Shown here one piece after another: positions 37,822-48,020 of a stretch of 59,466 nt of DNA. The notes beneath the pieces are model-generated. The model saw only the letters and a list, made by a program, of their open reading frames with translations. It did no database searches and was not told where the DNA came from. The stretch is from Longilinea sp. (GTDB lineage: Bacteria; Chloroflexota; Anaerolineae; Anaerolineales; Anaerolineaceae): contig JAPKMQ010000001.1 in assembly GCA_026645875.1 (NCBI GenBank), positions 1-59,466 on the forward strand, given 5' to 3'. The position numbers and the translations under genes were made by a program. Position 1 is the stretch's first letter; every line of letters begins with the position of its first letter.

Positions 37822-39069
37822 TTAATCCGGTGGGTCTGCCGGCTCGGCCGCTTGAACACGGTCAATTTCAATCTCTTCTAGCGATTTTTCGATGTGTGCC
37901 TGCAGAGTCTTTCGACCTGGTTTCCGGCTCCCCAACGACTTCAAACCCTGCAGCAGCGATTGAGTCACCTGTCCGGTCAGCTTTTTGAGCGACTCGGCGG
38001 ACATGCGCTCGCCGCGGTCAAACCAGCGTACTGCGGCATACCCCATCGCCACGGTGGTGGAGGATGCCACCGCCGCACCCAGCACCCAGCCCGGAATGCC
38101 GCCCAGCTTGCTCAACTGGTAAAAGATCGTTCGGCCCAGGTAGGCGACCCCGAAGGTGGCCACCAGTTCGCGCGCGCGCTCCAGGGTGATCTGGTAATTG
38201 TAAATGCGTGCAATGCTCAACACCATCATCGATTGCGTCGCCGCCAACGGGATGAAGTCGATTACCGGCAGCGGGGTCAGCGCGATCCCCGCGGACAGCG
38301 TCGCCGCGCTGATGATCGAACGCCAGGCAAGCTGCCACCGGTATTGCGGCAGCGCCGCGCCCAGCGCGGCTACAATGGACGGCTCAGCCATGGCCACCGC
38401 CGCCAGGAGCTGATTGATATTTTCGCCGCTTTTGGCCGCCACTGGGATCACCTGGGCAGGTTCCAGGTGCAAATTGGCCGCCGCCTGCTCCACCACGGTC
38501 CGCTTTTCCTTGCGCACCAGATCGATCTTGTTGAGCACCACCACGTGTGGTTTTTTCAACGAACGGATATGCTGGTATAGCTCCAATTCCGTCTGTTTGA
38601 CGCCCTGGATGGCGTCAAAAACCACAATAAGAATGTCTGCCCGCGCCGCCGCGTCCAGCGCCAGCTTGCGCTCGCGCTCACCCACCTCGCCCACCGCGTC
38701 CGCGCCGGGTGTATCCACCAGCGCGAACAATCCCGCGTCGGTTTCCTGGGTTTCGCGGGTGGTGCCTGGCAGCGGGCTGACCGCCGCGCGTTCGGCGGGC
38801 ACGCGCACAAACTGGTTGTACAGCGTCGATTTGCCCACGTTGGCAGGTCCGATGATGGCCACGCAATGCTTGCGTCCAAACGCCAGCTTAAGCTGGTTTT
38901 CGGCCATCTCCAACAGTGAGCGGCTGATTTTCGGCTGCCCGGGCATGCCCTTCAACAGGCTGGTCAGGCTGGCCTGTTCTTCCGGCGTCAAAGCATCCCA
39001 GATCGCGCGCATTCCGCGTGAACCGGAAGGGAGTTGCTCATTCTGCGGCAGGGCATCTTCGGGCATCAT
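37822..39069 (-). CDS. Era-like GTPase with C-terminal DUF697/YcjF-like domain
   Basis: GPANVGKS, PGTT, DTPG, NKID; PLPVIDFIPL..Q..M...IA.IY. Confidence 0.82.
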   Translation of the reverse strand: MMPEDALPQNEQLPSGSRGMRAIWDALTPEEQASLTSLLKGMPGQPKISRSLLEMAENQLKLAFGRKHCVAIIGPANVGKSTLYNQFVRVPAERAAVSPLPGTTRETQETDAGLFALVDTPGADAVGEVGERERKLALDAAARADILIVVFDAIQGVKQTELELYQHIRSLKKPHVVVLNKIDLVRKEKRTVVEQAAANLHLEPAQVIPVAAKSGENINQLLAAVAMAEPSIVAALGAALPQYRWQLAWRSIISAATLSAGIALTPLPVIDFIPLAATQSMMVLSIARIYNYQITLERARELVATFGVAYLGRTIFYQLSKLGGIPGWVLGAAVASSTTVAMGYAAVRWFDRGERMSAESLKKLTGQVTQSLLQGLKSLGSRKPGRKTLQAHIEKSLEEIEIDRVQAAEPADPPD

Positions 39070-39128
39070 ACACCTCATGGATCTTCCCCAAGCATATCAC
39101 ATTCCATCACAGCCGGTATAATCAGCGC

Positions 39129-40598
39129 ATGAGGAAAGCTGTCCTGGCCTTGTTCGTGATACTGCTGGCAGCCTGCCAGCCGGTTTCGCTTGCGACCATG
39201 CCGCCTGGCCCAGCGCTGCCCACAGACGCGCCGCCGGTGGAGGAAACCACATCCCTGCCAGCCGCCACGCCGGTAACTCTGCAGCCGCCGGCCAATACTG
39301 AGCCGGCCGGCGCCGAAAGGCCGCAGTATCACATCAGCGCTGAATTGGACGATTCACAGCGCAACCTCCTTGTGGTGGAGGAAATCCACTTCACCAACCC
39401 AAGTGGCTCCGCGCTGGAGAGCCTGCCGTTGGCGGTGGAAGCCAACCGCTATCCCGGCGCGTTCGAGTGGCTGGGCGCATCAGCGGAGCAACGCAAGGTC
39501 ACGCTCGAATCGCTGGATGCCAACCAGCTTCTCGTGCGGCTTTCGCCCGCTCTGGCTGCCGGCGCAGCGATGACGCTCAGGCTGGAATTCCGGCTGCAAC
39601 TCCCGCCCATTCTAACCGGGCAGCCGCACATCTTCGGCTATACATCCAGGCAGATCAACCTGGCGGACTGGTATCCAATCCTGCCGCAATTCAACCCGGT
39701 GGATGGCTGGCTGCTTCACCCGCCCGGTGCGGTAGGTGAGCACGGGGTTTATCCGGCCGCCAATTTCGATATTGAGTTGCATTTGCCGCCTGTGCAGCCC
39801 GCACTGGTGGTGGCTGCCTCTGCAGCAGGCGATCCCATCCCGGGCGGCTACCGCTACCACGTTGAAGGCGCGCGCAATTTTGTCTGGTCGGCCTCGCAGG
39901 AATATATCGTCAGCACGCAGCAGGCTGGCGATACCACTGTCGCCAGCTACGCCTACCCGGCCACCGAACTGGCCGCCCGCGCCGCGCTGGATTACACCGT
40001 CCAGGCGGTGAATTATTTCTCGAAACAATTCGGCGCGCCGCCGCGCGGCAGCCTGAGCATTGTGCAAGCCGATTTCCCCGACGGCATGGAATACGACGGG
40101 TTGTTCTTCCTCTCCGACCGCTTTTACTATGGCTTTGACGGCTCGCCGCGCTCCTACCTGGCCCTGATCGCCGTGCACGAAACCGCCCACCAGTGGTGGT
40201 ATGCGCGCGTGGGCAGCGACCAGGCGCTGGAACCCTGGCTGGATGAAGCCCTGTGCACATACAGCGAGCTGCTCTTTTACGAAAGCCTGAACCCCGAATT
40301 GGCCGGCTGGTGGTGGGGCTTCCGCGTCGAACCGTATGCCCCGGATGGCTCGCTGACCGCGACCATCTATGATTTTTCGCAGTTCACGCCCTACCGCAAC
40401 CGCGTCTATCTGCGCGGCGCGCTATTCCTGGGTGCGCTGCGCCAGGCCATGGGCGACGGTGCCTTTTTCGACGCGCTGCGGGCTTACCTGGAGCGCTTCG
40501 ACGGGCAAATCGCCACCCGTTCGGATTTTCTCGACGTGTTTCAACAGGCCACTTCGGTTGATCTGTCAACGTTGATCGTGGACGCCTTCAAGCCCTGA
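39129..40598 (+). CDS. M1-family metallopeptidase, lipoprotein
   Basis: Lipobox LAAC, GMEY, HETAHQWW, WLDE, VY.RG. Confidence 0.9.
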   Translation: MRKAVLALFVILLAACQPVSLATMPPGPALPTDAPPVEETTSLPAATPVTLQPPANTEPAGAERPQYHISAELDDSQRNLLVVEEIHFTNPSGSALESLPLAVEANRYPGAFEWLGASAEQRKVTLESLDANQLLVRLSPALAAGAAMTLRLEFRLQLPPILTGQPHIFGYTSRQINLADWYPILPQFNPVDGWLLHPPGAVGEHGVYPAANFDIELHLPPVQPALVVAASAAGDPIPGGYRYHVEGARNFVWSASQEYIVSTQQAGDTTVASYAYPATELAARAALDYTVQAVNYFSKQFGAPPRGSLSIVQADFPDGMEYDGLFFLSDRFYYGFDGSPRSYLALIAVHETAHQWWYARVGSDQALEPWLDEALCTYSELLFYESLNPELAGWWWGFRVEPYAPDGSLTATIYDFSQFTPYRNRVYLRGALFLGALRQAMGDGAFFDALRAYLERFDGQIATRSDFLDVFQQATSVDLSTLIVDAFKP

Positions 40599-40602
40599 CC
40601 GC

Positions 40603-43008
40603 TTACAACCAGGCTTCCACCTGAACGTCGCCAGCCTGCGCGGGCAGCGGAATGAGCGCGCCCTGAATTTCCAGGCCATCCACCAGCAGCCGCCGGATGC
40701 CCTTGCTGGCGTGCCGCGGGTTATGCACGCGGATGTGATAGCGGCTGCCGCGGAACTGGCGCGTCACCTCGAACCCGTTCCACTGCGGCGGGATGCACGG
40801 ATCGAGGCGCAGCCCGCCGTATTCCGGTCGCAGCCCAAGGATGTATTGTGTCCCAGCCTGGTAGGCCCAGGCAGCCGTGCCCGAAAGCCAGGAATTGCGT
40901 GCCAGCCCGAACTGGGGATGTTCGTCGCCAAGGATGTTTTGTGGATACACGTAGGGCTCGCACTCGTATACTTCAATCAGATCATTTCGCGCAGCTGGGT
41001 TGATCTGGTGGTAATACTCATAGGCGCGGTCGCCCCGCCCCAGCTTCGTCTCGGCGATTACCGCCCAGGGGTTGGTGTGCAGGAAGATCCCGCCGTTCTC
41101 TTTGGCACCGGGCGGGTAGGTAGTGATTCCGCCGACAGACGGATCAAACCCATCGTAACCCGGTGCGCTCAGCTTGAGCCCGTAGCGCGTGTTCAACCAT
41201 TCCCGGGCCGAGTCCATGGCCACCTCGCCACGTTCAGGCGCAGCCAGGCCTGAAATCACCGGCCAGGTCTGCCCGTTCAAATGAATCTTGCCGGCATGGT
41301 TGTGCTGAGATCCAATCGGGCTGTCGTCGGCATCCAGGTAACTCACGTACCACTTACCGTCCCAGGCGATTTCCTCGACGCGCACCCGCAGGCGGACGAA
41401 TTCCTGCCGGTAAGCTCGAGCCATCTCTGAATCCCCCAATGCGTCGCACAGGGCAGCCATTTCCTGCAGCGCACAAGCGTACAAGTTGGCCGTGAACAGC
41501 GATTCGGCGCCGGTGGGCAGGTTGATGGTGTCATTCCAATCTGCAAAGCCCAGCAGCGGCAACCCATGCACACCCAAATCCTGCCGGGTAAAGTCCAGCG
41601 CGCGCCGCAGGTGCTCCAGAACTGTGCCCGCGTCCTCAACCCGGCCTTTACTGTCATTGGGATAATACGGCAGGACCACGTCCAGAAAGACCATATCGCC
41701 CGTTTCCTTCAGGTACGCGGTCACAGCGAGAACCGCCCACAGATGGTCGTCGCTGTAGTAATGCGGCCGGTCATCGCGTTCCAGCGAATCGCCTTCACTG
41801 GCGACCATGCTGAGCGGATTGAACTGGTGCATGGCCGAGCCGTTTTGGCGCTGCACGCTGAGAAGCTTGCACAGCAAGGCGCGGGCCGTTTCCGGCGCGC
41901 TGGCCAGCACCGCCATCACGTCCTGCGAGCTGTCGCGGAAACCGATGCCGCGCGCGCCGTAGCCGAGTTGGTAGAGCGACAGGTAGCGCGACCATTGGGT
42001 GGTGATCCAGCACTGTCGTGGGTTGTGCACGTTGATCATGCGGTCGAAATACGCATCCGGGGTACGCGCCTGCAGCGTCGAGAGGTGCCGGTCCCAGAAG
42101 CGCGCCAGCCCACTGAACGCCGCATCCACCGCTTCAGGGTCGCGGAAACGGCGGATGGTCGTGCCGGCATCCTCCAGGCTGGCCGCCTGCCCCAGCAGCG
42201 TGGTAAACCGCACCGATTCACCGGGCAGAAGCGTTCCCAGCCGCAGCAACAGCGCCGCGATGTTGTCGCCGCGCAGCGCCTCGTGGTTGCCTAATTCCTC
42301 CTGCTCCAATACCAGCGGCCGCTGCCAGCTTCCATAACCGTTGGCCCCCAGGAAGGCGCGCCGGTCGGTTTCAAACGAACTGGCCTTGAGGTTGGCTGTG
42401 AAATAATTCATCTGCGTGCCGCGCAGCATGAAGGGATACTGACACAGCACAGTGCAGCCATCCAGCAATTCGGCACGCGATTGCATCGTCTGAGGCACCC
42501 AGTCGGCGTTGGTGAGTTGCTTGAGCGCGTCCGGGTGGGTATATTCCACCACCGGCAGCGCGTCCACCTGCACCGCCACCTCGCCCAGGTTGGTGATGCA
42601 CACATCGCGGATCTCCACCGGCGCGTCGTGAGGGACAAAGACGGTGATTTCGCAGCACAGGCCTTCCAATTCGCTGCGCCAGCGCGAATAGCCCAACCCG
42701 ACGCTGCACTCAAAATGGTCCAGCGGCAGCAGGGTGGGTACAAAAAACGGCGAATAAACGCGCTGTCCTCCTTTGGCGCGCACGCGCAGGTACATCGTTT
42801 CACCCTTGAATTCACCATCTGGCATTTGCGAGATGTACTTGGTGATGCGATTGAGCGCCGGGTCGCGCGCGCAAAGCAGCGCGCCGCCGGTGTGATCCAC
42901 AAAGCCGCCAAAGGCCAGCGTGCCGAGATAATTGATCCATTTCACCGGCGTGCGCGGATCTGTGATAACGTACTCACGGTGTTGGTCGTCAAAATAGCCG
43001 AAGTTCAT
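40603..43008 (-). CDS. GH94 glycoside phosphorylase, cellodextrin/chitobiose phosphorylase-like
   Basis: GIGFRDSSQD, ADWND, KENGGIFLH, WLSGTA. Confidence 0.88.
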   Translation of the reverse strand: MNFGYFDDQHREYVITDPRTPVKWINYLGTLAFGGFVDHTGGALLCARDPALNRITKYISQMPDGEFKGETMYLRVRAKGGQRVYSPFFVPTLLPLDHFECSVGLGYSRWRSELEGLCCEITVFVPHDAPVEIRDVCITNLGEVAVQVDALPVVEYTHPDALKQLTNADWVPQTMQSRAELLDGCTVLCQYPFMLRGTQMNYFTANLKASSFETDRRAFLGANGYGSWQRPLVLEQEELGNHEALRGDNIAALLLRLGTLLPGESVRFTTLLGQAASLEDAGTTIRRFRDPEAVDAAFSGLARFWDRHLSTLQARTPDAYFDRMINVHNPRQCWITTQWSRYLSLYQLGYGARGIGFRDSSQDVMAVLASAPETARALLCKLLSVQRQNGSAMHQFNPLSMVASEGDSLERDDRPHYYSDDHLWAVLAVTAYLKETGDMVFLDVVLPYYPNDSKGRVEDAGTVLEHLRRALDFTRQDLGVHGLPLLGFADWNDTINLPTGAESLFTANLYACALQEMAALCDALGDSEMARAYRQEFVRLRVRVEEIAWDGKWYVSYLDADDSPIGSQHNHAGKIHLNGQTWPVISGLAAPERGEVAMDSAREWLNTRYGLKLSAPGYDGFDPSVGGITTYPPGAKENGGIFLHTNPWAVIAETKLGRGDRAYEYYHQINPAARNDLIEVYECEPYVYPQNILGDEHPQFGLARNSWLSGTAAWAYQAGTQYILGLRPEYGGLRLDPCIPPQWNGFEVTRQFRGSRYHIRVHNPRHASKGIRRLLVDGLEIQGALIPLPAQAGDVQVEAWL

Positions 43009-43039
43009 TCGGTCCACTCCTCGCTGGCCGCTCCAGACC

Positions 43040-45484
43040 TCACGAAAGGATGGCCAGCACGCTCACCTCGCGCACACCCTCCGCGGGGATGGGAATGACA
43101 TTACCAGTCACCGGCAGGCCGTTGACCTGTAACTGCACCTGGTTGCCACCGCCGCGCCGTTCCACATGGATTTTATAGGTCACGCCACGGTACAGGCGCA
43201 GCAGGTCCACTTCCTTCCATGCCGTGGGGATGGCAGGCGCAATTTGCAGCCCATCCAGGGTCGGCCGCACGCCCAGGATCCATTGCGAGATGGCGGTATA
43301 ATTCCAGGCCGCCGTACCGGTGAGCCACGTATTCTTCGCCTCGCCAAAGGTGGGCGCTTCCTTGCCAGCGATGGTCTGTGCGTAGACATACGGCTCGCCG
43401 CGGTGCACGTCGCTGACCGCCTCGCGCGCTGATGGATTGATACGCAGGTAGTAGTCGTGCGCCTGATCGCCGTGCCCCAGGCTGGCCTCAGCCGCCATGA
43501 TCCACGGGTTGGTGTGGCAGAAGACGCTGCCGTTTTCTTTGTAACCGGGCGGGTAGGAGGTGATTTCGCCCAGGTTGAGATAATAATGCGTGAAGGCCGG
43601 GTGCAGCAGGACGATACCGTGCTTCGAGGCCAGGTGTTGGCGCACTGAGGCCAGCGCCTGTTCGGCGCGGCCATCGGCCGTGCCCAACCCCGCCAGCACG
43701 CAAATTCCCTGGGGCTCGATGAAGATTTTGCCTTCATCGCACAGCCTTGAGCCCACCGGCTGCCCCAGCGCGTCATAGGCGCGCAGGAACCACTCGCCAT
43801 CCCAGCCGTGTTCCATCACGGTCACGCCCATCTTCTGGGCCGAAAGCCGGTAGAAATCCGCGTCGGCGCGCCGGCCATAATGCCGCGATAACACTGCCAT
43901 TTCGTTCGCTGCCAGCACAAACAACCCGCCGATAAAGACTGATTCGGCGACTTTGCCCTCCCGATTGGTGGTGGTCTGGAAGGACTGGCCAGGCGTTTCG
44001 GAGAAGCAGTTCAGGTTCAGACAATCGTTCCAATCGGCGCGCCCGATCAAGGGTAGCCCGTGCGGTCCCAACCGGTCGAGCGTGTAGCGCAGGCTGCGCT
44101 GCAGGTGCTCATAGAGCGGCTGCTCGCTGCCGGGCTGGTTGTCGTACGGCACCAACTCCTCAAGGATGCCCCAGTCGCCGGTCTCCTTGAGATAGGCCGA
44201 AACCGCCAGTACCAGCCAGAGCGGATCGTCGTTAAAGTCGCCGCCCACATCGAAGTTGCCGCGCTTGGTAAGCGGCTGATATTGGTGGTAGGCGCCGCCG
44301 CTGGGCAGTTGCGTGGACGCCAGATCCAGGATGCGCTGGCGCGCCTTGGCGGGGACCATATGGACGAAACCGAGCAAATCCTGGTTCGAATCGCGGAAAC
44401 CCATGCCGCGGCCAATCCCGGATTCGAAGTACGAGGCCGAGCGAGACATATTGAATGTCACCATGCACTGGTAAGCATTCCAGATATTCACCATGCGGTT
44501 GGTATGCTCGTCTGGTGTGCTCACCTGAAAAACGCTTAGCAACCTGTCCCAATGCCGGCCCAGTTCCTCGAAGGCCGCGTCCACCGTCTGGGGTTTGAGA
44601 AAACGGTCAATGACCGGCTGAATAGCGCGCTTGTTGACCGTTTGCGTTCCGGCGGGGTCGAATTTCTGGTCGCGCGGATTTTCGGCGTAGCCCAGCAGGA
44701 AAATGACCGAGCGGCTTTCGCCCGGTTGCAGGGTCAACTGCACGTGATGCGAGCCAACAGGCGCCCAACCGTGCGCAATCGAATCCATCGACCTGCCCTC
44801 GGCTACCGCGCGCGGCCGGTCCCAGCCGTTGTAGGCGCCCAGGAAGGCCTCGCGCTGTGTATCAAAGCCGGCCAGCGGCTCGGAACAGGCAAAATAGGCA
44901 AAGTGATCGCGGCGCTCGCGATATTCGGTCTTGTGGTAGATGACGCTGCCCTGCACCTCCACCTCGCCGACGTTGAAGTTGCGCTGGAAGTTGGTGGCAT
45001 CATCCAGGGCATCCCACAGGCAAAATTCCACCGCCGAAAAGAGCGACAGCCGTGCGGTTTGATCCCGCCGGTTGGTGATTTGCGCCTGCCACACCTCCAG
45101 GGTCTGCCCCAACGGAACAAAGTACCGCGTCTCGGCCTGAATGCCCTGATACGCAGACGAAATGACCGTGTAGCCCATGCCGTGCCGGCAGGCATAGGCA
45201 TCCAGGTCGGTTCGCGTAGGCTGCCAGGTGGGCGACCAGAAGGAACCGCTGGCATCATCGCGCAGGTAGAGGTAGCGGCCGCCCGTGTCGGCGGGAACGT
45301 TGTTATAACGGTAACGCGTCAGGCGGCGCAAACGCGCGTCGCGGTAAAAACAATACCCGCCGCCCGTGTTGGAAATCAGTCCGAAAAATTCTTCGCAGCC
45401 CAGGTAATTGATCCAGGGCATTGGGGTGTCAGGACGCTCAATGACGTATTCGCGCCGGGTATCATCAAAATGGCCGTATTTCAT
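43040..45484 (-). CDS. cbp: GH94 cellobiose phosphorylase
   Basis: MKYGHFDD..REY, SRSASYFESGIGRGMGFRDSNQD, ADWNDCLNLNCFS, WLTGTAAW. Confidence 0.9.
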   Translation of the reverse strand: MKYGHFDDTRREYVIERPDTPMPWINYLGCEEFFGLISNTGGGYCFYRDARLRRLTRYRYNNVPADTGGRYLYLRDDASGSFWSPTWQPTRTDLDAYACRHGMGYTVISSAYQGIQAETRYFVPLGQTLEVWQAQITNRRDQTARLSLFSAVEFCLWDALDDATNFQRNFNVGEVEVQGSVIYHKTEYRERRDHFAYFACSEPLAGFDTQREAFLGAYNGWDRPRAVAEGRSMDSIAHGWAPVGSHHVQLTLQPGESRSVIFLLGYAENPRDQKFDPAGTQTVNKRAIQPVIDRFLKPQTVDAAFEELGRHWDRLLSVFQVSTPDEHTNRMVNIWNAYQCMVTFNMSRSASYFESGIGRGMGFRDSNQDLLGFVHMVPAKARQRILDLASTQLPSGGAYHQYQPLTKRGNFDVGGDFNDDPLWLVLAVSAYLKETGDWGILEELVPYDNQPGSEQPLYEHLQRSLRYTLDRLGPHGLPLIGRADWNDCLNLNCFSETPGQSFQTTTNREGKVAESVFIGGLFVLAANEMAVLSRHYGRRADADFYRLSAQKMGVTVMEHGWDGEWFLRAYDALGQPVGSRLCDEGKIFIEPQGICVLAGLGTADGRAEQALASVRQHLASKHGIVLLHPAFTHYYLNLGEITSYPPGYKENGSVFCHTNPWIMAAEASLGHGDQAHDYYLRINPSAREAVSDVHRGEPYVYAQTIAGKEAPTFGEAKNTWLTGTAAWNYTAISQWILGVRPTLDGLQIAPAIPTAWKEVDLLRLYRGVTYKIHVERRGGGNQVQLQVNGLPVTGNVIPIPAEGVREVSVLAILS

Positions 45485-45561
45485 ATTTTTCTACCTGTCA
45501 GAAATGAATGAATGCACTGAAAAACGGATGGGTTTGAAGCATTGGATCGAATTGGGAGTTA

Positions 45562-45590
45562 TGGAAGCGCTCCCAACATTTATTATAACA
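45562..45590 (-). promoter_or_regulatory. Extended -10 promoter with LacI-family (CelR/CebR-like) operator
   Basis: Minus strand TG-T-TATAAT (45590-45582), then TGGGAGCGCTTCCA (45575-45562). Confidence 0.75.
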
Positions 45591-45730
45591 ACATTCTGCG
45601 AAAACGCATCCGCTTTTTGTGGATCTTTGCGATCAGAAAATTGCGGTAAACTTCCCGCGTACGCCCGGCAGCCGTCCAGAAACCCTGCCGAGGACTGTCC
45701 CAGACGGTATAATACAGATAGGAGCATGCC

Positions 45731-47354
45731 ATGACCGCTAAACCTGCCTGGCTGGAAACAGCCGTCTTTTACCAGATCTACCCGCAAAGTTTTTCGGATT
45801 CCAACTCCGACGGCGTCGGCGACCTGCCGGGCATCCTGGCCAGGCTGGATTACATCCAGTCGCTGGGCGTCACCGGCATCTGGATTAACCCGTGCTTTGC
45901 CTCCCCCTTCCAGGACGCCGGTTACGATGTCAGCGATTATTACCGCATCGCGCCGCGCTATGGCACCAATGCCGACCTGCAAAAGTTGTGCGCCGAAGCC
46001 GGAAAGCGCGGAATGCGCGTCCTGCTGGACCTGGTGCCCGGGCACACCTCCATCGAGCATCCCTGGTTCCAGGCCTCCTGCCAGCACGAGCGCAACGCTT
46101 ATACCGATTGGTTCGTGTGGACCGATTCGCCCTGGGCCCCGGCGCCTGCCGGTATGCAGAACGTGCGCGGCTACGCCGAACGGGAAGGCTCGTACATCAC
46201 CAACTTTTTCTACTTCCAACCTGCGCTCAATTACGGCTTTGCCGTGCCGCAGGAACCCTGGCAGCAGCCGATGGACGCGCCCGGCCCTCAGGCCGTGCGT
46301 GCCGAGATGCGCAAGGTGATGAAGTTCTGGCTCGACCTGGGTGTGAGCGGGTTCCGCGTGGACATGGCCGGCTCGCTGGTCAAAGGCCCCGGCGGGGGTG
46401 AGGCCACCGCGCGCTAGATCCGCGCGCTTCTGGAGCGAAATCCGCGCCTGGTTGGACCAGGACTACCCGGAGGCCGTACTGGTGGCCGAATGGGCACAGC
46501 CGCACCTAGCCATCCCGGCCGGCTTTCACATGGATTTCATGCTGCCCTTTGGCACACCGGGCTACATCTCGCTGTGGCGCAAGGAACACGGCGACGGCGG
46601 CAACCACGACCCCTACGGCGCCAGCTACTTTGACCCCTCCGGCCGTGGCAACATCAACGAATTCCTCGACAATTACCTGTTCCATTACAATCGAACCAAA
46701 GAGCAAGGGGCCATTGCCATTCCCACCGGCAACCACGATTCCGGCCCGCGCATCGCCACGGGCCGCAGCGTGGAGCAGGTCGAACTGATTTACCTGTTCC
46801 TGCTTAGCATGCCGGGCACGCCTTTTATCTACTACGGCGACGAGATCGGCATGCGCTCGGTGGACGGGCTGCCCTCAAAGGAAGGCGGCTACCAGCGCAC
46901 GGCCATCCGCACGCCCATGCAGTGGGACGGCAGCCCCAATGCGGGCTTCTCCGGCGCGTCAGCCGAAAAGCTTTACCTGCCGATCGATCCCGACGCTGCC
47001 CGGCCGACTGTTGCCGCGCAGGAAACCGACCCGGCCTCGCTGCTGCAGCGCGTACGCCGCCTGATCTCACTGCGCAAGGCACACCCGGCGCTGTGCGCCA
47101 GCGGCGAGTTTGAGGTGCTTCACAAAGGCGCCACCGGTTATCCTTTCCTCTTTAAGCGGACGGCAGACGGAGAAAGCATCCTCGTAGCGCTCAACCCGTC
47201 CGCGCAAACCGTTGAGGCTTGCTTACCCGCAGAATACTTTTCCAACGTGCCCCAGGCGCTTTACGGCCATCCGCAACCCTTCTCGCGCGCCGACGGCGGC
47301 TGGAAACTCAGCCTGCCTGGCGTTTCCGGCGGCGTTTACCAACTGTTGGATTAA
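45731..47354 (+). pseudogene. GH13 alpha-glucosidase/alpha-amylase-family gene interrupted by a 13-bp insertion (real or assembly artefact)
   Basis: 5' ORF has DLVPGHTS and GFRVDMA; 3' ORF has VAEW, NHD and YYGDEIGM. Removing 13 bp at 46416-46428 gives one 536-aa ORF. Confidence 0.8.
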
Positions 47355-47377
47355 TGCACCAATTGAAGGAGGAACCC

Positions 47378-47935
47378 ATGCCGCAAAATTGGACCCGCAA
47401 AATTGCCGTCACCGGCGCGCTGAGCGCCATTGCGATCATTCTCGGGCTCACCCGCTGGGGGTTCCTGCCCTGGCCCACGGGCGTGGCTGTGACCATCATG
47501 CACATTCCGGCCATCATCGGCGTCATCCTGGAAGGGCCGATCGTGGGCGGCGCGATCGGGCTGATCTTTGGCTTGTTTTCGATGCTGCAGGCGGCCGTTG
47601 CACCCACCGGCCCCGGCGACGTGATCTTTACCAATCCGCTCATTTCCGTCCTGCCGCGGTTGCTCTTCGCACCGGCCGCCTGGCTGGTGTGGGCCGCGCT
47701 CAAGCGCTGGCCCATCGTCGGCATGATTGCCACCGGCGCGGTTGGCAGCCTGCTGCATTCCGGCCTGGTACTTGGTATGATCGGCCTGCTCGGGCTGTTC
47801 CCCTGGCCGGCCATCGGCGCAACCTTCATCGCCAACGGCATCCCGGAAATGATCGTCTCGATCGTGCTGGTCACCGCCGTCACCGGCGCCTGGATGGGCA
47901 TTGCCGTAGGACGCAAAAAAGGCTCGGATTTGTAA
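47378..47935 (+). CDS. ECF transporter S component, PanT-like
   Basis: TIMHIP.IIG.ILEGP..G...GLIFG, SVLPR, NGIPE. AAGGAGG SD before ATG 47378. Confidence 0.82.
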   Translation: MPQNWTRKIAVTGALSAIAIILGLTRWGFLPWPTGVAVTIMHIPAIIGVILEGPIVGGAIGLIFGLFSMLQAAVAPTGPGDVIFTNPLISVLPRLLFAPAAWLVWAALKRWPIVGMIATGAVGSLLHSGLVLGMIGLLGLFPWPAIGATFIANGIPEMIVSIVLVTAVTGAWMGIAVGRKKGSDL

Positions 47936-47970
47936 TTTTCCGCGCCGGCGTCGAAAATGCGAGTCGATAC

Positions 47971-48004
47971 AGCCCTTCGCACGAGCATTCTGCGAAGGGC
48001 TTTT
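47971..48004 (+). terminator. Intrinsic terminator
   Basis: AGCCCTTCGCA-N9-TGCGAAGGGCT followed by TTT. Confidence 0.75.
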
Positions 48005-48020
48005 CTATTACGCCGTTGTT

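Noticed and set aside
46415-46417. Pyrrolysine readthrough or programmed frameshift in the GH13 gene
   Set aside because: The downstream half is in a different frame and there is no slippery sequence. The 13-bp insertion fully explains the break.
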